From: an uncultured Gemmatimonadales bacterium
Lineage (GTDB): Bacteria; Gemmatimonadota; Gemmatimonadetes; Longimicrobiales; Gaopeijiaceae
Direction: 5' to 3'
Assembly (NCBI GenBank): GCA_963823035.1
Contig: CAWGKG010000018.1
Coordinates: 128,001-192,000 of the forward strand
DNA: 64,000 nucleotides
The notes beneath the pieces were generated by a model. That model was not told the origin of the DNA, made no database searches, and saw nothing but the letters and a program-made list of their open reading frames with translations. This document shows positions 26,190-35,940 of this stretch, piece after piece (position 1 is the first letter of the stretch; the number at the start of each line of letters is the position of its first letter). A program made the position numbers and the translations under genes.

Positions 26190-26407
26190 CGTCGCTCGGC
26201 GCCTTTGGCCAGAGGCCCGACCAGATAACGTAGGTGCGACGGCCAGGCAGCAGATCGAAGCTCTCGCCATACGCGGCCATCACTGCATGCCGGCCGGCGG
26301 AGTCCGATAGGGGGCCGTCAGTCGGCGTGGGGGAAATCGTCGTCATCGCCGGAGGCCTGGATCACGCCGTCCAGCGAGATGTGTTCGATGATTGTGAGCT
26401 TTCTCAT
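26190..26407 (-). pseudogene. truncated dihydrofolate reductase/RibD-C family gene
   Basis: MRKLTIIEHISLDGVIQASGDDDDFPHAD, then stop/frameshift, then AAYGESFDLLPGRRTYVIWSGLWPKAPS. Similarity ends abruptly near 26190. Confidence 0.75.
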
Positions 26408-27230
26408 TCGCTCTTGCCCGGCTCTGTCGGCATCGGGAAGCGTTCCTGCATCCACGCTTGCCACACCGGTGTCTCACGGGCGACGGTTGCGTCGGCCTGA
26501 TCGCCGTACAGATACAAGTTCATCGCCACCATGCCCTGGCCACCGGGATAGGTGACGGCGCCAAGGGCGGCGATGCCTGGCCCCGGCTGGTCGAGCCTCA
26601 GCAGGGCGTCGTACGGATTCTCGGTGAGATACTCCACCACGCCGCCGAGCGGTGAGACACCCGCGGGCGTCGTCCAGCGCTGCCCGACGCTCGAGCCTTT
26701 CACTCCCAACGCCGCGGTCAGCGCTTCCCAGGCCTCCGCGTCCGTACCCGCGACGGGAGCGGTGACCTGCATGATCGCGGAGCGTTGTCCGCGGAAGTGC
26801 GTGAGATAGATCCGCAGAATGGCCAGGAAACCCGACCATCCGGACTTGGCGCCTTCCAGCTGGTCGTCCCACTCGTCCGTGCTGGCGAAAAGGCTATGAA
26901 CAATGCGGACGAGGCACGAACCACCCGCGCGCGCTTCAACGCTCCACTCGGTTGCGATGGGCGGCGAGCCGACCCCAACCCTCATTCTGCGCGGCAAACA
27001 TCCGCGGCGGATCCCACGCTGTCACGGCAGCACTGGGCTCCATGCCCGGGCCGAACTTCAACTTCATGGCCACGGGCTTCCCGTCGCGTTCCTCGAACTC
27101 AGCCGGCACGAACCAGGACGAAATACCCGGCCCGGTGGCGATGGCCTGCCAGACTTCCTCCGGCGTGCCGGGGACCTCGAATTCGACCTGGACGGAACGG
27201 CGACCGGTAGGCTTCTTGCTTCACGCTCAT
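26404..27230 (-). pseudogene. SRPBCC (Aha1-like) domain protein, at least 2 frameshifts
   Basis: Pieces in different frames: MSVK..., EVPGTPEEVWQAIATGPGISSWFVP...WDPPRMF, ATEWSVEARAGGSCLVRIVHSLF...WDDQLEG. Confidence 0.7.
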
Positions 27231-27827
27231 GATGGCTCCTTGGGCTCGGGATTGCTGCGGTAGAGGGTGTGCCACGACCACCAGCCGATGCGCGCGGCCG
27301 CCGGGGGTGGATGCATCGTGGTATTTCGAAACGAGTGTCGCGATGGCTTCGGTGAGCTCGCTGCTGAAAGCCGCCCGGTCCGTCGGCGACCGGAAGCGAA
27401 CCTCGGTATCCACCGCCAGGGTCGCCAGGCGTTTGCCCGCCTCATTCGCACGACGAACGAGATTGCCCACCTCGCGGACGACCCGGGCGCCCAGGGCGAT
27501 GAGATAACTCGCGGACAGCCGATCGACTTCCCGATTCGGATCGACGGCGACCGGGCCCAGGGCGCTCGGCGAAACGACGTAGGACGCGGCCGTCGCGACG
27601 AGCAGCCGTTCCGTCAGCCCGCCCCACTTGCGTTCCTCGACCAGCCGCACCAGCCCGTGCGCTCCAGCGCGTGCAGGTGGTAGTTGACCTTCTGCCGAGC
27701 CAAGCCGACCCGCGTGGCAGCGTCGCCGCCGAAGCGGGCGCGGCAGTTCGGAGAGGAGTCGGCTTCGGATCGGCTCCAAGGCCACCGTCGCCGCCGCCGG
27801 ATCATCGATGACTTGGATGTCGAGCAT
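27227..27827 (-). pseudogene. ArsR-type helix-turn-helix regulator, about 3 frameshifts
   Basis: MLDIQVIDDPAAATVALEPIRSRLLSEL / RVGLARQKVNYHL / HGLVRLVEERKWGGLTERLLVATAASYVVSP, spread over different frames. Confidence 0.75.
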
Positions 27828-27834
27828 GAAGGAG

Positions 27835-27863
27835 ATGGTACCATTGACAACTTTTTTTGTCAA
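27835..27863 (-). promoter_or_regulatory. sigma70 promoter with overlapping palindromic operator
   Basis: Minus strand TTGACA-17 nt-TACCAT. Inverted repeat TTGACAA-N6-TTGTCAA at 27844-27863. Confidence 0.7.
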
Positions 27864-27999
27864 GCATGATCCAGAGCTTCTTCTGCCGAATTCGCGGAGT
27901 CGATGGCTCACTGGCCGTCTCGTCGTCAGCCCGACATGCCGCGTCGACGCGAGCTCGCGGGAAGTCGGTCTCGCTGGAGCGGAGGGAGGTCACGGGGCC

Positions 28000-28800
28000 G
28001 ATGGGAACCGATGACGAGGCTCCGGCCGCCAACCTGCGAGGAGACGCTTCCCTAGATGCTAGTGTGACCCGCGGCGCCACCTTAGCTTCTCGCGCCCACA
28101 TTCGCCCGTCTTCGGAGCATCTCCTCGGCGTTCGCCAGCGACTTGACGGGATCAGCTCGGATCGCCGGATCGGCATTGAAGATGGAACTACGTGGCTTGT
28201 CCGCTGCGTCATTTAGGCGCTTCAGGAGCTCGCAGTCGCGCAAGACCTTCCACTCACCTTGGCCAGTCCGTTCGACGCCCACGATCACCCGTCGCACCGA
28301 GCCGTCCGACCCAGTGATCCTGTCCTGCACGGCGTATACCGTCACCGGGAACCGCAAACGAGTGCGGAGCCGACGGCCGCCTGGATAGGGCGGTTCTCGA
28401 TCCGGAGGCCGAGACCGGCGACATCCTCACCCGCCTGTGGTTTGCCGTTCCGGACGATAGCAAGGCGTATCGATCCGCCAACGAGAAGTGATCGAGCCAT
28501 TCGTGCGGGGTCTTGAAGCTGAGATGGACACCATCCGGCTGACGCGACGCTTCCCGAGCACGGCAAACAGCGCCTTGAAGAAAGGAAGCAGGTCGGGCAG
28601 ATCGACCCTGGGAATCCGATCGGATACCTCCCCGAAATCGAAGCGCGCGACGTTCCCAGTCAGTGCGCGCACGCTGTCAACAGCGTCCTTTCCGCCGAAT
28701 GTGGCAGTCTTCGCATTGAACCACTGCTCCAAGCGCTGCCCGCGAAACCCTGGGTCGGCGTCGGCGAATACCTCGGTGAACATGCGCGGAGATGCCATGC
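28000..28800 (-). pseudogene. C-terminal remnant of a large protein, probably an SNF2-related helicase
   Basis: Protein-like pieces in three frames (MASPRMFTEVF...TATFGGKDAVDSVRALTGNVARFDF...PRVDLPDLLPFF; VYAVQDRITG...VLRDCELLKRLN) with no 5' part. Family recalled, not verified; no helicase motifs are present. Confidence 0.4.
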
Positions 28801-28801
28801 G

Positions 28802-29036
28802 CGACTCGAGCGCGAGCCGATCCGCGGCGGGCCGACCATGCTCGACCTCACGCAACACATGCGCGACGTCCTCTGTGCCCGCGGCTATCCCTGTCTGGTA
28901 CAGGGAGACCGGAGGAGACCACGCCTACATCACCTGGAGACACTCGTTCGGAGAGGCGCTGGCGACCATCGTGCTCCCCGGCCAGGGTCCCTCGCACGGC
29001 GTTCGCGAGGCGTGCAGGGAGGACGGCGGAGCGTGA
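28802..29036 (+). pseudogene. C-terminal remnant of a Fes-like alpha/beta-hydrolase esterase
   Basis: RLEREPIRGGPTMLDLTQHMRDVLCARGYP + (frameshift) VWYRETGGDHAYITWRHSFGEAL resembles the catalytic-His end of such esterases. Confidence 0.5.
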
Positions 29037-29058
29037 CGGTCGAAGGAGGTGGATCGCG

Positions 29059-29884
29059 TCAGGACCCGGCGGACAGGGCGTCGAAGCGGATCCGGTAGCC
29101 TCCCGGCACGTCCTCGCTCGCGGCGAGGAGGTAGAAGTCGTGGAAGCCCGCTCCAGTCGCGGTCAACGACGCCTCCGCGCCGGGCGGGAGCCAGGGGGAC
29201 GCGCCGGCGTGGACCCCGTCCGCCACGTGCAGGAGCCGGAAGGAGACGTCTGCCGTGGCGGTCACCACCATGTCGCGCCCCGCGCCAAGATCGCGGCGTA
29301 GCCTCGGCGGGCCTGGCACGGTCGGCTTCGACCTCCGGCGCCCGCCGGCAGTCGCTCGAGTCGAGGTGCCCCTCCGCGATCGACCCGTACGTGATGGACG
29401 TCTCGCGCCCGCATCCCTCCTGGGGAGCGGCGAGCGGCTTCGTCGAGAGCGTGTACGAGCCCTGCGGTGCCGCCTCCGCCGTCGCCGCCTGGGCGAAGGA
29501 CGACGCGCGGACGACGTAGCTCCCCGGGGGAAAGAGGTGTTCGCGTGTGAGAGCGTGCGCGGAGTCGCTCGCCCACCCCGAGAGCTGGTCCTCGCCGAGG
29601 TAGGTGGGCACGAACGGGAGAAACCCGACGGTCGAAAGCGTCACGTCGAAGAGCGACGGAGCCGTGAGCGTGAGCAGGTACCGGTCACCCAGCCTCGCAT
29701 CCCGCTCGAAGCAGTCCGTCGCCGCGTCGAGCACCCCCGCGACGCGCTCCCCCAACGCGAGCGGAACCGGGGCCTGGGCGCACGGATCGATCGGCGCGGT
29801 GGGACCGGTCGAGGTGCCGCACCCCATGAAGAACAGCGCGCCGTACAGGAGGGCGTTGCGTCCCTTCGAGAGCGGAGGCCTCAT
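29059..29884 (-). CDS. putative lipoprotein with two PPC-like beta domains; frameshift near 29300
   Basis: Lipobox-like FFMGC. The pattern G.V.G.L...DC occurs twice; PGSYVVRASS...GSYTLS and GGYRIRF. Confidence 0.55.
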
Positions 29885-29939
29885 GGACCTCGGAACATCG
29901 AGGCCACGGCCTCCATCTCACGGGCGGGGATGAGCGGGC

Positions 29940-30227
29940 TCAGGTCTCGCAAAGCGCCGCCCACGCCCGCACCCTCCGCACCCGCGGCTGCAGCTCCGGA
30001 TCCGCGTGCTCCCAGAGCTCGGCGGCACGTGCGTAGTATGCGGCCGCCTCGGCGCCGTCTCCCCGGGCCTGATGCAGCCGCCCCAGGCGCTCGCGGGTAT
30101 CGAAGCGGAACCCGGCGTCGAGGGGCACAGGGTAGCTGATGGGCGGCTCCGCGAAGTAGGCTTCGTACGCGGCCACTGCGAGGGCCGGCTCCCGCAGGGC
30201 CTCGTACGCGCGGTCGCGTCTCAACAA
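29940..30227 (-). pseudogene. C-terminal fragment of a TPR protein
   Basis: RLGRLHQARGDGAEAAAYYARAAELWEHADPELQPRV TPR-type tail. The frame begins right at the tRNA 3' end with no room for an RBS. Confidence 0.6.
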
Positions 30228-30228
30228 G

Positions 30229-30312
30229 CGGAGGGGGTGGGATTCGAACCCACGAGGGCTTGCGCCCGCCGGTTTTCAAGACCGGTGCATTGAACCGCTC
30301 TGCCACCCCTCC
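30229..30312 (-). tRNA. tRNA-Ser (anticodon TGA), CCA not encoded
   Basis: GGAGGGG acceptor stem, D arm GCAGAGCGGTTCAATGC, anticodon arm CCGGT-CTTGAAA-ACCGG, long variable arm, T loop GTTCGAATC. Confidence 0.96.
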
Positions 30313-30363
30313 GAGACCGTCCGTCGGTTCGGTGTCGGCGGACGGAAGACCTGCACGGGGTGA

Positions 30364-30392
30364 ACAATAGGACCACCGCGGGGGTGGTCCAA
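30364..30392 (-). promoter_or_regulatory. putative tRNA promoter overlapping a terminator-like hairpin
   Basis: Minus strand TTGGAC-17 nt-TATTGT. An 8-bp inverted repeat GGACCACC/GGTGGTCC (30370-30390) is followed by TATTGTT. Confidence 0.4.
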
Positions 30393-30427
30393 GAGAGCGC
30401 GCCGTTCGCGAAGCGCGGCCGCCGTGC

Positions 30428-30619
30428 CTACAGCGAGCAGCTCATGTCCTGCCCGCAGCACTGGGGCGACTTGATCATGCCGTGCCCGTCCGGGCACTTG
30501 GACACGGCGACGCTCACGCCGGCATCCGTGGTGATGGTGTCGTGCACCAGCTCCTTGCCGCACTTGGCACAGTTCATGTCCACACTCATGCCGCACTTGT
30601 CACACGTGTACGTCGCCAT
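30428..30619 (-). CDS. small Cys-rich metal-binding protein (63 aa)
   Basis: MATYTCDKCGMSVDMNCAKCG...KCPDGHG...QCCGQDMSC; 8 Cys; GGGAG RBS. Confidence 0.75.
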   Translation of the reverse strand: MATYTCDKCGMSVDMNCAKCGKELVHDTITTDAGVSVAVSKCPDGHGMIKSPQCCGQDMSCSL

Positions 30620-30719
30620 GGAGGCTCCCGGTCGCAGGGTTCCTAGGATCTTCTGCGCAGGACAATAACCTCCCCCCAACCTGCGGGCACTCAGCGGGCA
30701 CGAAGGGGTTGAAACCGGC

Positions 30720-31340
30720 ATGAGACGAGCCGGACCCGAACCACCGCCACGGACCGATTCCGGCGCCCCGGCCCCGCCGGCCTGGAAGCGCGCCCTCGTC
30801 TGGGTCGAGCGCATCGTCACGGCGGGCATCCTCGTCTTCGTGGCGGTTCGGCTCGCGCCTCAGATCGGCGCGCTCGTGGGCTTCTCCCCGGGCGGGACCG
30901 CCCACCCCTCGTACACGCTCGTCACGCTCGACGGCGATACGATCCGCTCCTCCGACCTGCGCGGTTCCGTGGTCGTCGCGAACTTCTGGGCGACGTGGTG
31001 CGTGCCCTGCCGCCTGGAGATGCCGTCGCTCCAGAACCTGCACGAGCGTCACGCCGGGGAGGACCTCCGCGTGCTGGGCTTCGCCGTGGACGTGGGCGGT
31101 GGAGCCGGCGTGCGGGCGTTCGTGGACGAGCGGGGGATCACCTATCCGATAGGGCGCGCCTCCGGCGCGGAGCAGCGCGCGTTCGGCGGTATCGCGGGCA
31201 TTCCCACGACGTTCGTGATCGATCGGGACGGCACGGTCCGCCACCGCGTGGTGGGCTACTTCGCGCCACCGGCGCTCGAGGCCGCCGTGTCCCGCCTTCT
31301 GGGGAAGCCCGCCGCTCCTGACGCCGTTCCGGAAGGCTAG
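30720..31340 (+). CDS. TlpA-family thiol-disulfide reductase
   Basis: TM anchor, NFWATWCVPCRLEMP, GIPTTFVIDRDG. Confidence 0.9.
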   Translation: MRRAGPEPPPRTDSGAPAPPAWKRALVWVERIVTAGILVFVAVRLAPQIGALVGFSPGGTAHPSYTLVTLDGDTIRSSDLRGSVVVANFWATWCVPCRLEMPSLQNLHERHAGEDLRVLGFAVDVGGGAGVRAFVDERGITYPIGRASGAEQRAFGGIAGIPTTFVIDRDGTVRHRVVGYFAPPALEAAVSRLLGKPAAPDAVPEG

Positions 31341-31359
31341 CAGGTCGCTTCCTGTCCGA

Positions 31360-33003
31360 TCAGTGGCGGAAGAGACGCCGCCCCGTGAACACCATCGAGA
31401 TCCCGTGCCCGTCCGCGGCGTCGATCACCTCCTGGTCGCGAATCGATCCGCCGGGCTGCACGATGGCGAGCACCCCCGCCTCCGCCGCGGCGTCCACACC
31501 GTCGCGGAAGGGGAAGAAGGCGTCGGACGCGAGCACCGACCCGCCGAGCGGGATCTCCGCGTCGCCCGCCTTGCGCACCGCGATCCGCGACGAGTCCACC
31601 CGGCTCATCTGCCCGGCCCCGATGCCCAGGGTGGCGCCGCCGCCGGCCAGGAGGATCGCGTTCGACTTCACGCCGAACACGGCCGCCCACGCGAAGCGCA
31701 GGTCGTCCCACTCGCTCTCCGTCGGCGCGCGCTTCGTCACGACCTTCCAGGTCGCGTCCTCCACCCCGTAGAAGGGCGGCGTCGGCGGCGTCTGGGCGAG
31801 CATGCCTCCGTAGACGCTGCGCAGGACCCGTGGAGCCGGCACACGCCCGTGGGCGGCGATGAAGCGACCCATGGCGCGTTCCCCCTCGCCCAGCTCGGTC
31901 CACGGACCGGTCGTCGGCTCGAAGGGAAGCGGCTCCGAACGGCCGGGATAGACCATCAACCGGAGGTTCTTCTTGGCGGTGAGCGCGCCGAGGGCCGCCT
32001 CAGAGAATCCGGGCGCCACGATGCACTCCACGAAGAGCGTCGCCAGGAGCTCTCCCGTCTCGTCGTCCACCGGGCGGTTGACCGCGATGACCGATCCGAA
32101 CGCGCTCACCGGGTCGCAACGCAGGGCCTTGCGATAAGCATCCGCCAGCGAGTCCGCCACGGCCAACCCGCATGGCGTCGTGTGCTTGACGATGCACGCG
32201 GCCGGAAGGGGTGAGAAGGCGAAGGGAGACAGGCAAAGGACCGCGCCGTCGAGGTCCAGGAAGTTGTTGTAGCTGAGCTCCTTCCCGTGGAGCTGCTCGA
32301 GCGCCGTCAGTCCGGCGGGCTGACCGAGCCCGTAGAAGGAGGCCTTCTGGTCGGGGTTCTCTCCGTACCGGAGCGTCTGGATGCGCCGAAGCCCCACCGG
32401 GAGATCCTCGGGAAGTGGGTCGGCGACCGTCCCCTCCTCGAGATAGGCGGACACGGCCGCATCGTACGCGCCGACATGGGCGAAGACCTTGGCGGCCAGG
32501 GCGCGCCGCAGGGTCGCTCCGTCGTCGCCGGCGTCCAACGCGGTCACGACGCCCTCGTAGTCCGCGGGGTCCACCACGACCCAGACGTCCGCGTGGTTCT
32601 TGGCCGCCGCGCGCAGCATGGTGGGTCCGCCGATGTCGACCTTCTCCATCGCCTCGGCCACCCCTACCCCACCCCGCGCGATGGTCTCGCGGAAGGGATA
32701 CAGGTTCACGGCCACCAGGTCGATGGGCCCGTAGCCGTGCGCCGCGATCGCGGCCATGTCCGACTCCGTCCCACGCCGGGCGAGGATGCCGGCGTGCACG
32801 GCCGGGTGGAGCGTCTTGACGCGCCCCCCCATCATCTCGGGGTGGCCGGTGACGTCCGCCACGTCCCGCACCTCCAGTCCGGCCCCGCGGAGCGCCGCCG
32901 CCGTTCCTCCGGTGGAGACCAACTCCCACCCGCGCTCCGCCAGCGCGCGGCCCAGCTCCACGATGCCCGTCTTGTCGGATACGCTCAGCAGCGCCCGCTT
33001 CAT
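31360..33003 (-). CDS. purH: bifunctional AICAR transformylase/IMP cyclohydrolase
   Basis: MKRALLSVSDK, GGRVKTLHP, LRYGENPDQ, ASDAFFPFRDG, GRRLFRH. Confidence 0.96.
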   Translation of the reverse strand: MKRALLSVSDKTGIVELGRALAERGWELVSTGGTAAALRGAGLEVRDVADVTGHPEMMGGRVKTLHPAVHAGILARRGTESDMAAIAAHGYGPIDLVAVNLYPFRETIARGGVGVAEAMEKVDIGGPTMLRAAAKNHADVWVVVDPADYEGVVTALDAGDDGATLRRALAAKVFAHVGAYDAAVSAYLEEGTVADPLPEDLPVGLRRIQTLRYGENPDQKASFYGLGQPAGLTALEQLHGKELSYNNFLDLDGAVLCLSPFAFSPLPAACIVKHTTPCGLAVADSLADAYRKALRCDPVSAFGSVIAVNRPVDDETGELLATLFVECIVAPGFSEAALGALTAKKNLRLMVYPGRSEPLPFEPTTGPWTELGEGERAMGRFIAAHGRVPAPRVLRSVYGGMLAQTPPTPPFYGVEDATWKVVTKRAPTESEWDDLRFAWAAVFGVKSNAILLAGGGATLGIGAGQMSRVDSSRIAVRKAGDAEIPLGGSVLASDAFFPFRDGVDAAAEAGVLAIVQPGGSIRDQEVIDAADGHGISMVFTGRRLFRH

Positions 33004-33038
33004 AGATGCAAGCCTTTCGGTCGGTGTTCTCGGAGTTC

Positions 33039-33759
33039 TCAGGGTGTCACGGTCGAGATCGCCTCGGTGGCCGTCGCCAGGATGGTCCCACCGACGTCCG
33101 GCACGAGCGTGAAGGCCGCACCCGGCAGCACCAGGGGCGTGGGCTCCCGCCCGTCGTCGAGGCAACGGCACAGGTGGTCCGCCGCGAGCGGATAGATCCG
33201 GTGCTCCACCTCGAGCACGCGGGCCGCCAGCGCCTCGGGGGTGTCGTCCGGGAGCACGGGCACGGGCCACTGCGCGAGGATGGCCCCGCGGTCGTACTCC
33301 TCGTCCACCAGGTGGACCGTCGGCCCGCTGAAGCGCGCGCCGGAGGCGAGGACCGCGCGATGCACGTGGATGCCGTACATCCCCTTCCCTCCGAACGCCG
33401 GCAGGAGCGCCGGGTGGATGTTGAGGATGCGGCGCGCGGAACGCCCTCACCACCTCCGCCGGAAGGAGCTTCAGGTAGCCGGCGAGGAAGACGACGTCGA
33501 CGTCGTGGGCGCGCAGCGCCTCGAGCGTCTCCGACGCCACCTCCGCGGGGCGCCGATCCTTCGTGCGGATCACGCGCGACGGCACCTCGGCGCGCTCGGC
33601 ACGCTCGAGCGCCCCGATCCCGGGCCGGTCGGTCACGACGAGGCGGACCCGCCAGGGCGTGCCGGACCGTGTGTGGTCGAGCAGCGACTGCAGGTTGCTC
33701 CCCCCGCCCGACGCGAAGACCGCTACCGCGCGCACGGAGCGCCCCTCGCCTTCGCTCAC
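33039..33759 (-). CDS. purN: phosphoribosylglycinamide formyltransferase; frameshift near 33440
   Basis: [11 protein letters not shown] and LAGYLKL, then in the other frame [30 protein letters not shown]. Confidence 0.92.
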
Positions 33760-34412
33760 GCGAGCCTTCCGCCGAAGTGCGGCACGAGGAAGGGGTTGCC
33801 CACGCGCTCGTGGCCGACCGTGGTGGGCGGGCCGTGCCCCGGGTAGAGCACGGTCTCGTCCGGCAGGGTGAGCACCTGCTCCCGGATCGACGCCATGAGC
33901 GCGTAGAAGTCCCCGCCGGGCAGGTCGGTGCGACCGATCGAGCCCTCGAAGACGACGTCACCCACGAGGGCGAGGCCGTCGTCCAGGGCCACCAGGATCA
34001 CGTGCCCCGGGGCATGGCCCGGCGTGTGCCGTACCTCGAGCGCGCACCCGCCGAAGGTGAAGCGCTGGCCGTGCTGCAGCGGGCCCGTGGGAGGAGGCTG
34101 GCGCGCCGGCATCGGAAGGCCGAACGCCGCGGCCTGTTGCGGAAGCGCGAAGTACATGTCGCGGTCGTCGGCGTGCAGCAGGATCGGTACGTCGGGCTGG
34201 ATCGCGCGCATCCTGTGGACGCCCTCGATGTGGTCGAGGTGCGCGTGCGTCAGGAGGACCGCCTGCAGGTCGAGTCCCTCGGCAAGGACCGCCTCGGCCA
34301 TGGCATCGGCGGCCGCGCCCGGGTCGACGGCCACCGTGGCGTCGGATTCGGCGCAGACCAGCAGGTACCCGTTTTCCCCGAAGCCGCCCCCGGTGAAGGG
34401 TCGGACCTTCAT
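33756..34412 (-). CDS. glyoxalase II-like MBL-fold metallo-hydrolase
   Basis: LTHAHLDHI, TPGHAPG, GSIGRTDLPGG, YPGHGP. Confidence 0.9.
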   Translation of the reverse strand: MKVRPFTGGGFGENGYLLVCAESDATVAVDPGAAADAMAEAVLAEGLDLQAVLLTHAHLDHIEGVHRMRAIQPDVPILLHADDRDMYFALPQQAAAFGLPMPARQPPPTGPLQHGQRFTFGGCALEVRHTPGHAPGHVILVALDDGLALVGDVVFEGSIGRTDLPGGDFYALMASIREQVLTLPDETVLYPGHGPPTTVGHERVGNPFLVPHFGGRLA

Positions 34413-34416
34413 CGGG

Positions 34417-35464
34417 TCACGCGCACCCGCATCCGGAGGGTCGGACGCCGGCGAGCTCCAGGGCCCGCTCCTCCTCCGTCGGCGCCGTCCATCCGCCGGA
34501 GAGGTCCAGCATGCGGCGCAGCGACGTCTCGGCCCGCGTGCGCACCTCCTCGGCCATGATCACCTCGTGCTTCCGGTGGTCGAGGCTCCAGGCCAGCTTC
34601 GCGAGCGTGTTCAGCTTCATGTTGCCGCACACCGCGGCGCCGGAGAGCGGCACGAACGTCTTCTCGGGGAAGCGCTGGCGCATCCGGTCGACCAGCCCAC
34701 GCTCGGTGCCGAAGATGACCGCGTCGTGCTTCTCGGCGAAGGTCGACCATGCCCGAGGTGGAGGTCACCACGTCGGCGACCTCGAGCAGCTCGCGGCGCG
34801 CTTCCGGGTGGACGACCACCAGCGCGCCGGGGTGGGCCTTCTTCGCGCTGTCGAGCTCCTGCAGCACCATGTCGTCGTGTACGTAGCAGTAGCCGTCCCA
34901 CGCGATGATGTTGTCCCGCCCGGTCCGCTCCTCGACGTAGCTGGCCAGGTTCCGGTCGGGCACGAAGATGATCTCGCGCTCCCGGGGGATCGACTCGACC
35001 ACCTTCACCGCGTTCGACGACGTGCAGCACACGTCGGAGAGGGCCTTCACCTCCGCCGTCGAGTTCACGTACGCCACGACCGCCGCGCCGGGGTGCTCCG
35101 CCTTGAGGCGCCGCAGCGCGGTCGCCGTGACGAAGTCGGCCATCGGGCACCCGGCCTTCAGGTCGGGCATCAGCACGGTCTTCTCCGGCGAGAGCACCTT
35201 GGCCGTCTCGGCCATGAAGTGCACACCGCAGAAGACGATGACGTCGGCGTCCGTCGCCGCGGCCTCCTGCGACAGGCCGAGCGAATCCCCGAGGTAGTCG
35301 CTGACCTCCTGGATCTCCACGCGCTGGTAGTTGTGACCCAGGATGACCGCGTTGAGCTCCGCCTTCCGTGCGCGGATGCGCGCACGGAGTTCCTCGGGAG
35401 GAAGGGCCGAGTAGTCGAGGACCGTGGGGAGGGCGCCCTTCAGGACGCCGGGCGGAGAGATCAA
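34417..35464 (-). CDS. nadA: quinolinate synthase; frameshift near 34740
   Basis: ILGHNYQ, VFCGVHFMAE, AGCPMAD, CTSSNA, GYCYVH, VHPE, VCGNMK. Probable TTG start overlaps the iscA stop. Confidence 0.92.
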
Positions 35465-35787
35465 ACCGTGAACGAGCTCCCGCACCCGCATCCGCCGGAT
35501 GCGTTGGGGTTCCGGAAGGTGAAGCCCTGACCCATGAAGCTGGTGACGTAGTCGATCTCGACGCCGTCGAGGTACTGGGCGCTGAACGGGTCGACGAACA
35601 CCTTCACGCCGCCGACGTCGAGGATCTCGTCCTCGGTCTCGGGGGCGTCCTCGATGTTGAGGCCGTATTGGAAGCCGGAGCACCCGCCGGGGAGGACCGC
35701 GACACGGAGACCCGCGCCACCCTCCACCCCATGCTCCTGGATGAAGTCCTGGACCTTCTGTGCCGCCGTCTGCGTGAGCGTCAGCAT
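35461..35787 (-). CDS. iscA: A-type Fe-S cluster carrier (HesB/IscA/ErpA family)
   Basis: GGCSGFQY and NPNASGGCGCGSSF. Confidence 0.9.
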   Translation of the reverse strand: MLTLTQTAAQKVQDFIQEHGVEGGAGLRVAVLPGGCSGFQYGLNIEDAPETEDEILDVGGVKVFVDPFSAQYLDGVEIDYVTSFMGQGFTFRNPNASGGCGCGSSFTV

Positions 35788-35911
35788 CTTTCTGTCCTAC
35801 CCTCCCGCACATGGAATGCGTGATGGGTCAAGTGGTCGGGTCCAACGCTTCTTGAATACCCGAAGGGGTCCCGCAGGTTTCCATTCCGATTCGGTGCAGA
35901 AACAAGGAAAA

Positions 35912-35940
35912 AAGCTACCGGCGCCCCGGAAGGGGGTCAA
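35912..35940 (-). promoter_or_regulatory. putative sigma70 promoter for the iscA-nadA-purN-purH run
   Basis: Minus strand TTGACC-17 nt-TAGCTT. Confidence 0.5.

Noticed and set aside
25948..26346. N-terminal extension of the first DUF2589 ORF (DHFR-DUF2589 fusion)
   Set aside because: The open frame passes through a DHFR remnant and non-coding-like sequence. A good RBS and ATG exist at 25947.
30229..30312. tRNA-Sec, given the nearby selA
   Set aside because: The anticodon is TGA (reads UCA, Ser), not TCA, and the acceptor stem is a normal 7 bp.
31360..33759. PurN-PurH fusion suggested by the 799-aa ORF
   Set aside because: Artefact of the purN frameshift; purH has its own ATG at 33003.
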